From positions 3,015,003-3,079,002 of the forward strand of contig MU058065.1 of assembly GCA_013265495.1 (NCBI GenBank): 64,000 bases of DNA, written 5' to 3'. Shown piece by piece: positions 41,078 to 55,698 of the stretch. Both the position numbers and the translations under genes were made by a program. Within the stretch, counting starts at the first letter, position 1. Each line of letters starts with the position of its first letter. Under the pieces are notes generated by a model, which was not told the origin of the DNA, ran no database searches, and saw only the letters and a list, made by a program, of their open reading frames with translations. Source of the DNA: Vicugna vicugna (Eukaryota).

Positions 41078-41232
41078 ACAACTGTAATTGTCTTGTAATT
41101 TTTAATATCCTTTTTTGAAGGAAATGCCTACTGTACACACAGACTCTGAAGGACTAATTTAACCAAATACTACTTAAATGACACAAATGTGAACGTCACG
41201 ACCAATATAAACACTGGACGACCCCACATTTA

Positions 41233-41427
<195 letters not shown>

Positions 41428-41469
41428 TCAGAGAAATTTAGCTGTATCATCAATTTTTTGCATAATCAT

Positions 41470-41880
41470 TCGTTAACTCAATTCAACAACTATTAATTGT
41501 ATTCATACAAAGGTCAACAAAACAGATCAAGTCCCTATACATAAGAGACATATTTTACTGGGACAGACAGACATAAATCCGTAACATTATAAGAGCTATA
41601 AAGAAAAATGAAGCAAGACAAGGTAAGAAGATGACAGGAGAAGTGGCAGGAAATGAAGGTGACGGAGCTCCCAGAACCACGATGTGCAGAGCCTCAGAGA
41701 CTGCATTTCACTCTGGGTGGGAAGCTATGTTGTTTTGAGCAGGGACTTGTCATCAACTGTGACAAGGATCACTTTGGCTGCTGCTACCTAACCTAAGAAA
41801 GCGAAGAAACGAGGTCAGGAGACAAAACGCTATTCCAGTAACTCAACTAAGAAATAAGGGTGGTTACACTAGAGGATCTA
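41470..41880 (-). mobile_element. L2 fragment
   Basis: cattcgttaactcaattcaacaactattaattg...aaggatcactttggctgct. Confidence 0.6.
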
Positions 41881-43059
41881 GACATTTGCTAAAAGATGTT
41901 AGCTGCTTCACACTTGGCTACACAGAAGACTGGATTAAAAAAAAAGGCAATGTCCCCCATTTGCACAAGTCTAAACATAGCAGCCAACATCCTACAGAGG
42001 TGACACAGTAGAAAGACAAAGAGAAGGGGGTCATGGATAGCAATGCTCATCTGCCTGAATTAATCCTGGAACTACCCTGAATGTAGCCTTCTTAAACAGC
42101 AGAAAACATTTTAAACATGTTCCCAAGTAAACTCTTTCTCTCTTACCTGTCAAGATTTATTTCTTGACAACTGTTATCATTCCAGTTCTTGCTTCCTAAT
42201 CTGCCATTCACTCCTTCATCCCCTGGCACCATTCTCCACTGCCACCACTTCTAACTGCTTTCTCTAATGTGACATCTGCTAAGTCCAATGGTGTGTTGCA
42301 GTCCCTGTGTCACTGAACTCCTTCAGTGCACCTGGTCCTGCTAGAGACTCCCACCTCACCGAGAGGCTCCTTTCACTCAGCTCCATGAACCACACACTAT
42401 GTGTTTCCTTCCTTCCTTTCTGACCAAGTCTCAGGCCTCTGGAGGCACCATTCTCAGACGGTGACCTCACCTACTCACAGCTTGAATTAAAATCTGTTTC
42501 TAGCTTCTAGATCTTTTCACTCCAAACTCAACTGCAGCATACTAGACTTGTATATGCCACTCCCCACTACATATCTACATTCCAATGTCGCACTAGCACC
42601 TAAATTCAATATGCCCCCAAATTAATCTCAGCTAAACTCCCATTCCCAGCTAACTGAATGCTTACATCTAACTAATCACCAAGGCTCCAATTGTGAAGGA
42701 AGTACAGTCCCAGCATTCTAACAGTTTTTGTGATATCCCTAAACACCAGTACATCCTCTAACACTTTGTGACACTTGAGAGCAGGAATTTCCAGTCACCA
42801 CACTTGGGCGTGCTAGTCAGAGGACAGAAAGATGTCCCCTCTGGAAACAGCAGGGGTGGAGCAGAGAGTGAGAGGAGGGATCCAGGTTTAGCCACTCTAG
42901 CCACCTGTTACCACTCTCAGACAATTCACAAAGGCCAAGTTTATGGCATTACTTGTAAGACTAACTTTAAACCATCTAAAACTATCAGAAAATGGAGAAT
43001 GGGAAAACTGTATAATGTAAAAAGTATTTTAAATTAATTGCAAATAAATACTACTTTTA

Positions 43060-43374
<315 letters not shown>

Positions 43375-44011
43375 TCATCACTGTCCTCACTGTTCTTCAC
43401 TAAACGGCCTGGCACATAGTCTGGGACACAAGTCCCACAAGCAGTTTACCACAGTCAGCAAATTACTAAAGTAATTCCTTGCCTCAAAAACACAAGGGTG
43501 AGAATGAAGATCCCTTTTTTCAGATGGAGAATCTACTGATCTGAAATTTAAACTACCGCTTTATAACATTAGATGTACTGTGTATACCAATTCTCCTTTG
43601 ATAAAATCCTTTATCAACAAAGTTAGTTCCTTACAAAATGGTCATGTAAACATACACTGCCTGAACTACATGGTAGCCCAATGTCCTTCGTGCTTCTAAA
43701 AAGCAAATAAAGAAATGGGAAGAGAGGAAGGGAATTCTCTTATGAGCTTGTGTTAAAAAAAAAAAAGAAATCAGATATTGTTTTCACAGGGAGCTGTCTA
43801 AAGATTAAAGAAATCCCTTTCTCTAGTAGTTTCATAAAGATTTTTTTCCTTTAAATAATTCTGAAACTCATAATGACCTAATACTTCAGAAATAACTAGT
43901 TTAAAAGTAACCCCTAAAAATTACAAATTTATTTAAAATAGACAAGAAGTTGTAATCCCTTCACTTTAAACATGGACATATTAACAATTAAGTTTATAAC
44001 TTTCCATGCTA

Positions 44012-44323
<312 letters not shown>

Positions 44324-45009
44324 TCATGCATTTGAACACTTCATGGAAGTACTAAATGAAATTAAATAAAGCCTCTTGACTGCAGCCGTGAATTATAAGA
44401 GAGCAAAGTAAACCCTAAATTGTTAGATCCATAGTTTGTGATCTAACTGTGCTGTGCTTTTATAAATCACTTTAATATATTAATCAACATATGCCTAACT
44501 CACCCTTATGTAATTTCCCTCAAATATTTTTAAAATGTAGCATTTTAAATTTTTTTTAATTTTTATTTTATTTTGTTTCACCTATGAATACTACTGAGAC
44601 TGCCACATTGCAAGGAATTACATCTGACTTCTAAAATGTCAAAGTCTTAGTTGTTAACTACTTGATACTAAAATATGGAAAATACACCAACAAGATATCA
44701 CATTGAATGTCACATTTAAAATATTATATGTTAAAAAATTAGTATGAACAAGTGGCAGTACTGCTTATTCTAAAGTAGAAAAATCTAAAGAAAAATAATC
44801 TTACAAATGTTGAAATTAAATAATATAATAATGAGGAGAAGGAGTCTAAGTTCTAATAATTCTAAGTTGTAACAGTTATCCACTGATTGGATACAAGGTA
44901 AAAATTAACATCAGAATATTAATCTCTTGAGAGTAAACATTTATAATAAAAAGTTAGTATCATCTCTCCCACAACAACATTAAGTCCACTGAGAAGATAG
45001 GAAAGTCTA

Positions 45010-45192
<183 letters not shown>

Positions 45193-46107
45193 CTAATAAA
45201 ATAAAACATAACCAAAATATTAATGTCTAGAAAGAAGCCGGGACATGCTCTCAATTTTGACAAACCAAAATGTTGTTTGTATATAAACTACTTTGTTCTA
45301 ACAAAAAGCCAGAAAGTGAGTTTCAAGAGAAAAATTTATTTTGAAAATTAGCTATTTTGTGTTATCTTCTATGACAACTCAGAACTTTTTCTAAATCTTA
45401 AACTCTAATTTGGGGGGGGGTGGTTTTTCTTTTAAAAATGTTCAGAGTTTGATGTGATCTTAAAGGTCAATTTTCTGGCTGAAGGCATATAGATTAATAA
45501 TTCACTTACAGACTTCATCTACTTAAACAATTTAGATGTTAGTTTATAATTGAGCCTAGTATCAAGTGCTACCGATAGCAAAATTTTTACTTTCCCTCTA
45601 CTTATGAATCCTGGATTTTAATATCAGATAGGACAACCTGATAACACACAGAAACTGGTCAGGCCCAAGTTAACATATATTTGTGGCTACTTAATTTGAA
45701 TTGCTGCATCTAACTCTGGATAAGCAAAGTAAACAAAAGTCTCCCTTCACACAGCCAGGTAGGGATCCGACCACTCAGCAAAGCCCCTCTGCTGAAAGCT
45801 CCTGGCACGGCTTGCCAGAAGCACAGGTAACGTCAAGTCTTACAGTATTAACAACTCCCTTTTAAGGCTCTTTAGGAATTTTCTGCAATTTAGATCAGAC
45901 CATAAACCCCCAATCATATATAGATAAGATAAAAAGTTGCTCTCACTGCAAAAATATACACAGTTCCCAAATGTCATTGTGTCATTAACATATGTCTTAC
46001 GCACCTTATAACTGTCTAACCACACTCATTTTCAAACATTCACATAACATTCAGAAGAGTTCTAGAAAGAGGCTGAATGAAAATAAAAATGGAAAAACAG
46101 ATAAATA

Positions 46108-46121
46108 CTGCCCTCTAGTGT
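46108..46121 (-). promoter_or_regulatory. CTCF-type core motif in ACSL3 intron
   Basis: Minus strand ACACTAGAGGGCAG matches CCASYAGRKGGCRS at 13/14. Confidence 0.5.
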
Positions 46122-46739
46122 CCCATTCTGAATTGGACTTGAGAAATAAATTCTTTGACAGATAAGGCAACTGAATTTAAAATACTTATTTAACTTCAGT
46201 GGTCCCAAACTCTCATCATGCTCTGCACCACGATGAAATGCTCAGCACAGGGAGCTCCAATGACTTCAAAAGGAGCTCTGGAGGGGGTGGTGAGAAGACG
46301 GAAGAGAATTTGGCCAAAACTATAGGAACTGGGTTACAGTTACTAAGAATTTCACACTCCAAAGATAAATATGAGCTATTTCTTAGATTCTAGAATCTAA
46401 ATTATGAGTTGTGTAAGTTTCAGAGAATATACGTATCCTGAAAAAGCATTAGATGTAAAATCCAAATATGTAAACCCATATGATGGTTGCCACCATGTGG
46501 CAAAGAACTTACCGAGCCATGACTTTAAGTCAAATGTAACCAAAATCTGGATTTCATTTAATTCTTTAAACCACTGAATCTTCTAGTAGTGATCTTTACC
46601 ATGAAGATTACATTTAAGAGACACTACCTACACCATAATTTTATCTGGCTTGTGCTGGAATAGGTTTCTGATGCTAACTTTGTCCCTACAGTTAGTTCAA
46701 CCTGCAATTAAACTCGTTTATTTGTTCCCTGCCTATACT

Positions 46740-47965
46740 GTTGAACCTTATTAAATCCAGAATCACAGTTCTCACCACCCAGCAGTCCTATGACACTTTC
46801 CTGGTATATTCATTTCCTCACCTTCTGAAATGGCTATGTGAAACCTCCTCTCTACTCAGATACCCTCCACCTTGGCCCTCCCTTCTCCACTTCCAAGTGA
46901 TGACACTATCGCACACTCACTGAGAAATTGGAAATTAAACAGAACTTCCTTATCTTTCTAGCAACAAGTTTAATAACCTACATCTACCTGTACACATACC
47001 CTCTGTAGTCCCTCAGGGTATTACAGTGGTTGAAGTGTCCATGAAAAAAGCCTAGCTCCTTAGGACTCTGCTTTGAAGAGCTTCCCAAATTTCCATTTCT
47101 AGTTTGACCACCCCTACTTGGATAGCCAACCTACTCTTCTTTTACTTGACTATTCAACTAAGATGTCTAACAGATATTCCTCAAAAGCAGCCATTTCATT
47201 TCACCTCTACCCTGTCATCCTAGTGTCCATTAGTTTGGGAACTAATGAACACTAACTGGCCAACTCCCGTTCTAACTCCCCTACAGTCCCTTTTCCCTAC
47301 AGTAATGAGTTTTTTAAAAACATGTATCAGCTTACTCCTCTGCAAGTGTTTTCCTTTTCCAGTAGGAATGGATTCAAAGCAACTTACACTGGCCTACAAA
47401 GCCCTAAGGACCCTACATGTTGCCAGGGTCTCTGTGCCCATCTCGAACTCTCTGTCCTTTCTCACTTCCTGTAAATACAACTTTGTCCTTTCTGTCCTTT
47501 AAACAGGCTGGGCCAGGACAGGAACCTGGATGAGGCAAGACAGGTGCTTAGGGCACAAAGTTTAACGAGGCACTGCCTCAGGGTCTGAATGCAGTCTTGA
47601 ACTTCACACCCTAAGTGCCTCACCCTGCTGGCTCATTCCTATTTTGGAGCCACTCCACTGCACAATCCCGTTCCACTATAGAGAAGGTTCATTACCCAGA
47701 TGTTTGCAACGATGGCTTCCCCGTGTCCTTCAGGCTTCCACTTGACCATAACTTACTCGGAGGGGCTATCCCTGAACTCCAACCAGTTTTATTTCTTCAC
47801 AGTAGTTATTAAGTCTGTTAACTTTTTACTGCCTCTCCCCCTCCCATACAAATATAAGATCCTATGAAAAATAACCTGTGTGTCTTGTTCATTATTGTCT
47901 CCTAGTGCTCAGGACAGTACCTAGCACGTAGTAGGCACCCAGCAATTACTTGCTAAATGTGTGGA
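46740..47965 (+). mobile_element. L2 fragments with an embedded MER91-like hAT piece (~47505-47640)
   Basis: Ends in ggacagtacctagcacgtagtaggcacccagcaattacttgctaaatg (L2 tail). Confidence 0.65.
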
Positions 47966-49107
47966 ATGGACTCATGTAACTGAACAACTTCAATTCACTC
48001 TGGGCCTTGGAGCCTTTGACCTCTCCTCCAGCAGCCTCATTTTTGAAAAGATTGCTTTTTTAAAAAGTCCATATCCACCGGATCATCTAACTCCATGGCT
48101 TCTTTTGTGCTGATCACTATTCAATCGCATACATACTTTGCTGCTACCTCTTAAGTATTCTTACCCGTGGCTCACGAGACATAAGTGTGTTCAACTGTGC
48201 TGACTTGAGAGTCAGGAAAACAAATGGCCAGTGTGGCTATGTGGTGAGCACTGTGGGTCATCTATAAACTGGGGGGAAGGGAATGGAAATCAAGGATGGT
48301 TTGCCAAAAGTAGCAACTAAATATGACAAAACCAGGCATCATTATGATAGTTTGGCAAATTATAATCTATAGGCAGGAGAGGAGTAATCAAACATGCTTA
48401 ACTACATGACTCCAATGAAGCGAAACACTACTAACCGACCCCAGCTAGATCTTACGTTGATTTAGCAAAAAAAAAAAAAAAAAAATCATTTAAATGAGGC
48501 AAAAGAAAACAAGGAACATGTCTTAAGAGTAGAGTGACCAGAGAATTTTTCCAAATCACTCTTGAGGTTGAAGGGGGCACTATTCATGTCAGAACAGGTG
48601 CAAGTCAAGACTGTTCCAAGCAAAATAAGATAAAACATCACTCTATTTGAACGTTAGGAACACACAGAGATCCTACTGTCTAGAGTTACAATAGTGTTTT
48701 TTTAATTTCTAGGAGTTACTGACATTAATTTTCTTGTCATCTCATTTATCTTTAGAAGATGACTGGAATTTCTATCAGAAGTGGCAAGATTAATGGACCA
48801 TTCCATTAAACATGAGTCCCACCCCCTCCCCAAACCCCACCCGCCAAGAACAGGAGGAAGCCTGAGTGTCTCACTCCAAGGCTGTGCGCATCTGCACTCT
48901 CCTCCGAGGTCGGAGAGTTCCTTCAGGACTGACAGAAAAAAGGCAGCTGGAGCCAGGATGCAGTTGGGGAAAGAGGACAAGAGAAAAACCACTTTGCCTA
49001 CACAGGAATTAAACCTATAACCTAACCAAATTATCAGCTAACTGCAGGCAATCTCACTGCCTCTAAAACACATTTTATCTTCCATTTTCACCTAACGGAG
49101 CTTCAAA

Positions 49108-49255
49108 AACAGGGAACTATACTCAACATACTGTAGTAACTTATGGTGAAAAGAATATGAAAATGAATATATGTATGTTCATGTATGACTGAAGCATTAT
49201 GCTTTATACCAGTAACTGACACACTGTAAATGGACTATATTTCAATAAAATATAT
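49108..49255 (+). mobile_element. short L1 3' end (cetartiodactyl-type)
   Basis: acagggaactatactcaac...gactgaagcattatgc...gactatatttcaataaaa. Confidence 0.8.
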
Positions 49256-49394
49256 ATACACACAAATACCCAAGTTCATAAGCAGCATCTTCATGCCATT
49301 TCTATACCTATCACCCTTTACAGAGCTGCACGACTCCATGATACAAACCTTCATATTCACTCAGACAATTGTACTTGTTCAATTCCCAAGATGA

Positions 49395-49920
49395 TGATAA
49401 TAAAAGCATTTACACTCATGTAAATTACTGTCATTAAAGCATTTACACTGGATGCCACCACTGTTTCACACACACTCACTCTCTCTCTCTCTCTCTCAAT
49501 TAATCCTCTCAATAATTCTCTGAGCTGGGATTAGTTTAAGAAGTATGGAGCTAGACAGTCTAGGTTCCGGTCCCAGATGAAGCTGCTAGCTGTAATGCCC
49601 TTGAAAAAGTTACCTAACCCATCTGTGCCCTAGCGTTGTCTTCTGTAAGGGAGGGATATCCCCATAACATTAATCCATAAGGCTACTGTAAGTCTTAAAT
49701 AAGATAATACATGTAAAGTCCTTAGAACAGCCTGGCTCATAAGAAACGCTAATCAATGTCGGCAATGATCATTATCTCCATGTTACAGATAAAGAAACTG
49801 AGGCAAATTTGGTTCAATACCTTTTCCAAAGTCACACAGCTAGTGAGTGGCAAAGCTGAGTTTCAAATCCACAGTCTGGATCTGGAGTCCAGGTTCTTAA
49901 CCACTACCTACACTGCCTCT
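49395..49920. mobile_element. plus-strand MIR (~49530-49760) nested in a minus-strand MIR
   Basis: aagttacctaacccatctgtgcc...catgtaaagtccttagaacagcctggctcataag (+) and ttacagataaagaaactgaggc...aaagtcacacagctagtgagtggc (-). Confidence 0.75.
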
Positions 49921-50404
49921 AAAGATGTCTTAACCTCTGTTTCACATCAATAATGGCATGTTCTTCTTGTATTTGTGAGAAGGAAGTTTTTAAAAACCAT
50001 GCACTGCCACACCAAGTACCAAGACACTGAACATCCAATGGAACCTACATTATAATCAGAAACAGCAGGTCGCATCCCAAAACCCAGAGCAGTCTCAAGC
50101 ACACACAGGTGCTTCTGGAACTAGCAGGGAATATACTTGCAAACCCAAACTGCCCTAGACATTCTATTCCAAGCCCTGGTAGACATGCAGGCTCAGAAGT
50201 GGCCCTCGCCACTGGGTGATCTCAACATCTTTATGAGAGTCTGGAACAAATCCATGCCGGAGGTACAGAAGGAGATTAGAGCACAGTCTAGTCCCTTCTG
50301 CCCTGTTTCTCCCACCACACCAGCAAATTCCAATAGCTTGTCCCGTGCCACCATTCCTAAGCATACATTTTATTCAGAAAGAATTCAAAGGCAATAAAAG
50401 GTCA

Positions 50405-50806
<402 letters not shown>

Positions 50807-51439
50807 TTAACAGATTTCCGTAAGAATCTAGAAAGAAGAGAAAGAAAGGTTATTAGTCAAAAATCATTCTTAAACAACTTTAAAGAAAAAGTCTTCATAT
50901 TAGAAAAAGAGACGATTTTTTCCGCAACAAGCAGCAGCTGGTATATTGACCACCAGCCAGGTCCCATCTGCTCCTGGCATTTGGAGGACACTCATTTGTG
51001 CCATATCTATTAAAAACGGAATTTCCACAGAAAAGTTTCCACATCATTCTGTAAACAGGTGGCTTTCCCAACCTAACCCCAAGTATCCACAAATACTTCC
51101 CGGTGGTGAGGAGGAAGCCAGCCAGGAGACCTACAACAGAATGGAGACCAACAATGCACCCATTTCCAGTTCTTCAGTGCCTCATTCAGTTAGAGAGGCA
51201 AACACTTCGCACATACGCCACGTCCTCCTCTCTCCTGGCCGTCACAGCCACTCACTGCTAAATCATCACTGCCTTCTTTCCCAGTGAGCCTCATTCTCTC
51301 ACTCTAGGCAGCAACAAGTAGTTAGAGTTGGCAAACAACATGAAATTCACTTGCCATGGTGATTCTAGATATTTTTCAATTTAAGCAGGTTAAATTGTGA
51401 AGCAAGAAGGCAGTAAACTTTGGTCATTTCATATGCTGC

Positions 51440-51800
51440 GTTCAGATTTATTGAGAATCTACTATGTGCCAGATAGTGTCCTAAGTACAGGGATTATAAC
51501 AGTAAACAACAGTGAACAACAGTGAACAGTCTAAGTCTCTTCTCCTGTGGAACATTTACCTTCCTTGGAAGAGGTAGACAAATATACACACATATGCATG
51601 CCAGGTGGTGATAAATCCTACAAGGAAAAATGAACTCAGTAAGGGAAATACCAAGCAACCAGGCGAGGCTGGAGAGGCGCTCGGTATGCGGGTGGTCCGA
51701 GAAAGCCTCTCTGGCCAGTGACATCTGAGCCGAGCCTTCAAGGAAGAGGGAGAGTGGGGAAGAAGCACGAGGCAGACGAACCAGCCTTTGTACAGTAGGC
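51440..51800 (-). mobile_element. L2 fragment
   Basis: atttattgagaatctactatgtgccagatagtgtcctaag...gtgacatctgagccgagcctt. Confidence 0.8.
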
Positions 51801-51929
51801 AGGTCAAAATATTCGTGAAGAAAACAAAACTGAAGCAAACTACTAACTGATTACTCCACCCAGCTCCAAATCCAGGATTATGTTTTGTAGCATTTCCCAT
51901 CTCCATACTGTAGAAATTCTATTCCAGGG

Positions 51930-52955
51930 AAGTGTGGCCAAGAGATCTAAGGAATCCTTTCTTTCACCCAGACCTCACCCATAGGGCAGACGCTCTACTG
52001 CAGACGCAGCCGGCAAAGAACACGGGGACTGTGGTTCACAAGGCAGATGCAGGAGAGAAGCTAACGACACAGACCAGGGGCTACAGCCACCGCCCAAGAC
52101 CCCGCTCACAGAGCAGAGGTTCTCCACAGGCCAAAGCAGCAGGCAGTAAGAACAGAGAACCTCTTGGCAATCCCTAAGAGGACTGACCTCGGAGCACAGA
52201 AGAGCGAAGCTCGAGCCTAATGGCACTGCGGAAAACCACGGAGCCTGGTGGGGAGCAGCCTAAGGTGAGGCTGGTAGTTTCATGACAGAGACAAGCCAAA
52301 AAGCAGACGAGAAATTCAAAGGCATCAGGCGTCTCTTTCCCTCCTAGCTTCAGGGCAGCTCCAAGACTGGCCTCAAACACAACCCCTACAAAGGCCATCT
52401 AATTTAACTGAAGCATACTATGGGGCAACTTACGGCCCAGAGCTTTGTTCAGAACAGTAAAGCAACTGGCCAGCCATCAGAGGAGAATACTTGCTGGGTG
52501 TGACGCCAGAAAGACCAGGGGATCAGACAAACAGGCTGTTAGAGAGCCCTACCAAAACCATGCTGCCACCGCTGGAGACAGTAGTGCAACGTGACTGCAT
52601 GCTCCCAAGGCTGTGCTCTCAGAGAAGCACCATCAGAGAATGCACACTGCAGAAAATACAAGCTTCACCAAAACAGGCCAGCTGAGACACTAAATGAACA
52701 AGAAACAACACAAGAAGGTGTGGAAGGCGGGAGAGGGAAGCTAGCATTCAAAATTGCTATAAAATACCTAAAATGTCCAATTTACAAAATATTATAAGGC
52801 ATGCAAATAAACAGTAAAGCATTATCCATATATGGGGGGGGAGGGAGCAACAGAAATCCTCGAGAAGACCCAAATGTCAGACTTAGCAGACAAATGCTAT
52901 CAAAGCAGCTACCACCAATATGTTCAGAGAACTGAAAGAAACCATGCTTAAAAAA
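51930..52955 (+). mobile_element. old L1 5' UTR/ORF1-start-like fragment
   Basis: tataaggcatgcaaataaacag...cccaaatgtcagacttagcagacaaa...atatgttcagagaactgaaagaaaccatg resembles L1M 5' regions. Confidence 0.55.
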
Positions 52956-53354
52956 AACTGCAACTTTACAAGGTAAGGGCCACCTCCAAATTTGCCCACA
53001 CACACTTGGTGAGAAGCCAGGACTCTCAATTGATTTCTGTGCTCTGCTGACCGTTCCAATCTCCTTTCTGTGATAGACAATATACTGGATAGCACCCTGG
53101 AGAATGAGTCCAGAGAATCTAGATTTCTGCCAGAAAAGCATGGGGAGCCATAAGTTTCTGTACAGAAAAATGGCACAACAAAGTCACCGGTCCTACTGCT
53201 TGCAGGACATCAGAGCTGCAAAGAACAGATGCACCTCCGTAACCCAGGAAAACGATGATGCCTCGCTAAGCATTCTGAAATCCCACTCCGTGCTCTGCAG
53301 TTTAATGTTCATGATTTTATTTTGAGTTTCAAAATACTGTGATTTATTTTTTAA

Positions 53355-54190
53355 AAACTACATTTATCCACAGATGAAATGACTGTAATATAGAAAACCC
53401 TAAGGAATCCACTGAAAAACTAGTAGAACAAAGAGTTCAGAAAAGGTTGCAGGATATAAGATGAATATACAAAGATCAACTGTATTTCTGTATACTAGCA
53501 ATGAAGAATCAGAAGATGAAGATAAGAAAACAGTTATATTTACAATACTTTCAAAAATACTTTGGATTAGATATAACAGGAAGTGCAAAATCTGTACTAT
53601 GAAAACCACAAAACACTATTTAAAGATATTAAGGATCAAAATAAACAGAAAATGTCCTGTTTATGACTGTAAAACTTAATATTGTTAAAATGGCAACATT
53701 CCCTAAATTGATGCACAGATTCAACATAATCCTTATCAAAACCTTTGCTGACTTTTATACAGAACTTCATAAGCTGATCCTAAAATTCACATGGAAATTC
53801 AAAGTAGCCAGAATAGCCAAACATTTTGAAAAACAACAAAAATCTTGAAAAAGAACAAAATTGGAGGGTTCATACATCTCAATTTCAAAACTTAGTAAGA
53901 GCAATAGTAATCAAGACATTGTGGTACTAGCAAAAGGACAAACATACAGATCAATGGAATAAAATTGAGAGTCCACAAATAAACCTTTATATTATGCACA
54001 ACTGATTTTCAACAAACGGCAAATAATTCAATAGGGAAAGAACAGTCTTTTCGACCAACGGTGCTGGAACAACTAGATATCTAAACATAAAATGATGAAG
54101 ATGGACCTTTATAATAATACAAAAAAAAAACCAACTCCAAATGGATCATAGGCCTAAATCTAAGAGCTAAAACCATAAAACTTTTAGTAA
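53355..54190 (+). mobile_element. L1 ORF2 (reverse transcriptase region) fragment
   Basis: Decayed FADDM motif, then tgcaggatataagatgaatatacaaagatcaa; the ORF track gives LNIVKMATFPKLMHRFNIILIK. Confidence 0.85.
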
Positions 54191-54599
54191 GCACTAATCA
54201 CTAAGTATAAACAGCGTTTCAGGAAGAGTGAAGGGTAGAGGCTAGTTCTGCCTTTTTCTGAGTAGTCTTCTTGGACCAAACCGCAATTTATTACGGCCTT
54301 AAAAGGCCAGGGGTAGGGAGGGCAGAGGAATGGAGGTTTTGAATAGATGATAGATATCACATAGCTTGAACAAGCACCAAAAGCAGCAGCCGCTCAGCCG
54401 CCCAACAGAGCAGGATAGAGATGAGGAGATGAGGGCAGGTGCTAAAGGCCCAAAATTTTAAAGGTCAAATTCTTGTGGCCTTTGGTGCTGAGAAAAGAAC
54501 TTAGTTTGCATTCCAAGGTACATAAACACAAAGTTTTAGAGAATAACTGTATGCAGAGGATAACCTGAAGGCAGCAAGAACCGGAGGGAAGGAAATTTA

Positions 54600-54741
54600 C
54601 ATAAAGTAAATTTACACGGTGTCAGCAGCTAGGATTCCCGGCTCCCGGATCACCCAGAGGGTGGCAAGGGGAGCAGCTGTTCCTCCAGCCTTCCCAACAA
54701 CTGAAATCTTTCTGCTTAATATAGTGAGGGGTGTACTGTAT
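54600..54741 (-). other. ACSL3: candidate non-coding 5' UTR exon of ACSL3
   Basis: Minus strand tttag|ATACAG...TTCAGTTGTTGGGAAGGCTGGAGGAACAGCTG...TTGCCACCCTC resembles my recollection of the human ACSL3 alternatively spliced 5' UTR exon. The donor site was not identified and the homology is from memory only. Confidence 0.4.
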
Positions 54742-55278
54742 CTAAATCACGAACATATTAAGGTCACAAATTAGAGCAGCGGCAGTGAAAGGAGGGAAAA
54801 TAGTTTCAGTGCCTTCAACTGAGTCAGAAATGCAAGCCGTGAAGGTGGTCAGTGGTTGGATGACTGGTGGAAAGGAGATGAGCACAAGTACTGAAAATAA
54901 TGGGTTTAAGATGCCTGTGAGTCATCCAAATACACAAACCGTGAAAGTTGAGAAGGGTCAGGGCCGTTCAAGGACAGCACACAGGAAATCTCCAAGATCA
55001 AGTCCAAGAACAGAAAACTCTGGAGGGAAACCAATGCCAAGACTGAGAGGAGGAAAATCCCACTGAAAAGTCCAATTAAGTAGGAGAACTGGAGAGGGCA
55101 ACGTCATGAAAGACAAGGTGGGGGAGTCAAGTAGTATCAAACGCAGGCTAGATGTACCAGCCACATGCAATTAAGGCACTTAACTTTTCTAAAATGTTTT
55201 AGGAAAACTAGGTAAAGTAACAAAACTTTGGCCAACTGCACCCAATTTGCTGAAGTGGCTATAGAAAATGTAGACTAG

Positions 55279-55698
55279 TGTCAACTGAAAAAAAAATACA
55301 AAACTGAAAAGGTGAGAGTTACGTTTATCATTGCACAAACTGAGGGCTTAAGCCCAGGAGACAGACTCTCAGAAAGCTCTGAGGGACTGTTCCAAAGAGG
55401 TAGGGGGAAAAGCCAGGATATCTAGGAGTTTTACAAAAGCAAACCAGTAGTTGATCACAAAGAACAGACATCTCAAGTTAATGAATTTAGTGCTTTTCTA
55501 TGCACAGGAAGATGCAAGAGTCTGGGCTCATTGTAATCATTTCTTTGATAAACATCTTAACTACCTAGGACCAGTATCCTGTTTTTCTCTATCCTGAATC
55601 CCCTCAGGGTGCACTCTCCAAGGCTGCAAGTGGCTGACGGCTTGATGGCCACAATATTCTTTGTTTACTGATATGACAGGTTACGTTCTTCATCCACA
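55279..55698 (-). mobile_element. ERV1-class solo LTR
   Basis: TG...CA termini, 420 bp, exact 4-bp TSD CTAG (55275-55278 / 55699-55702). Orientation is inferred from family features. Confidence 0.85.
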
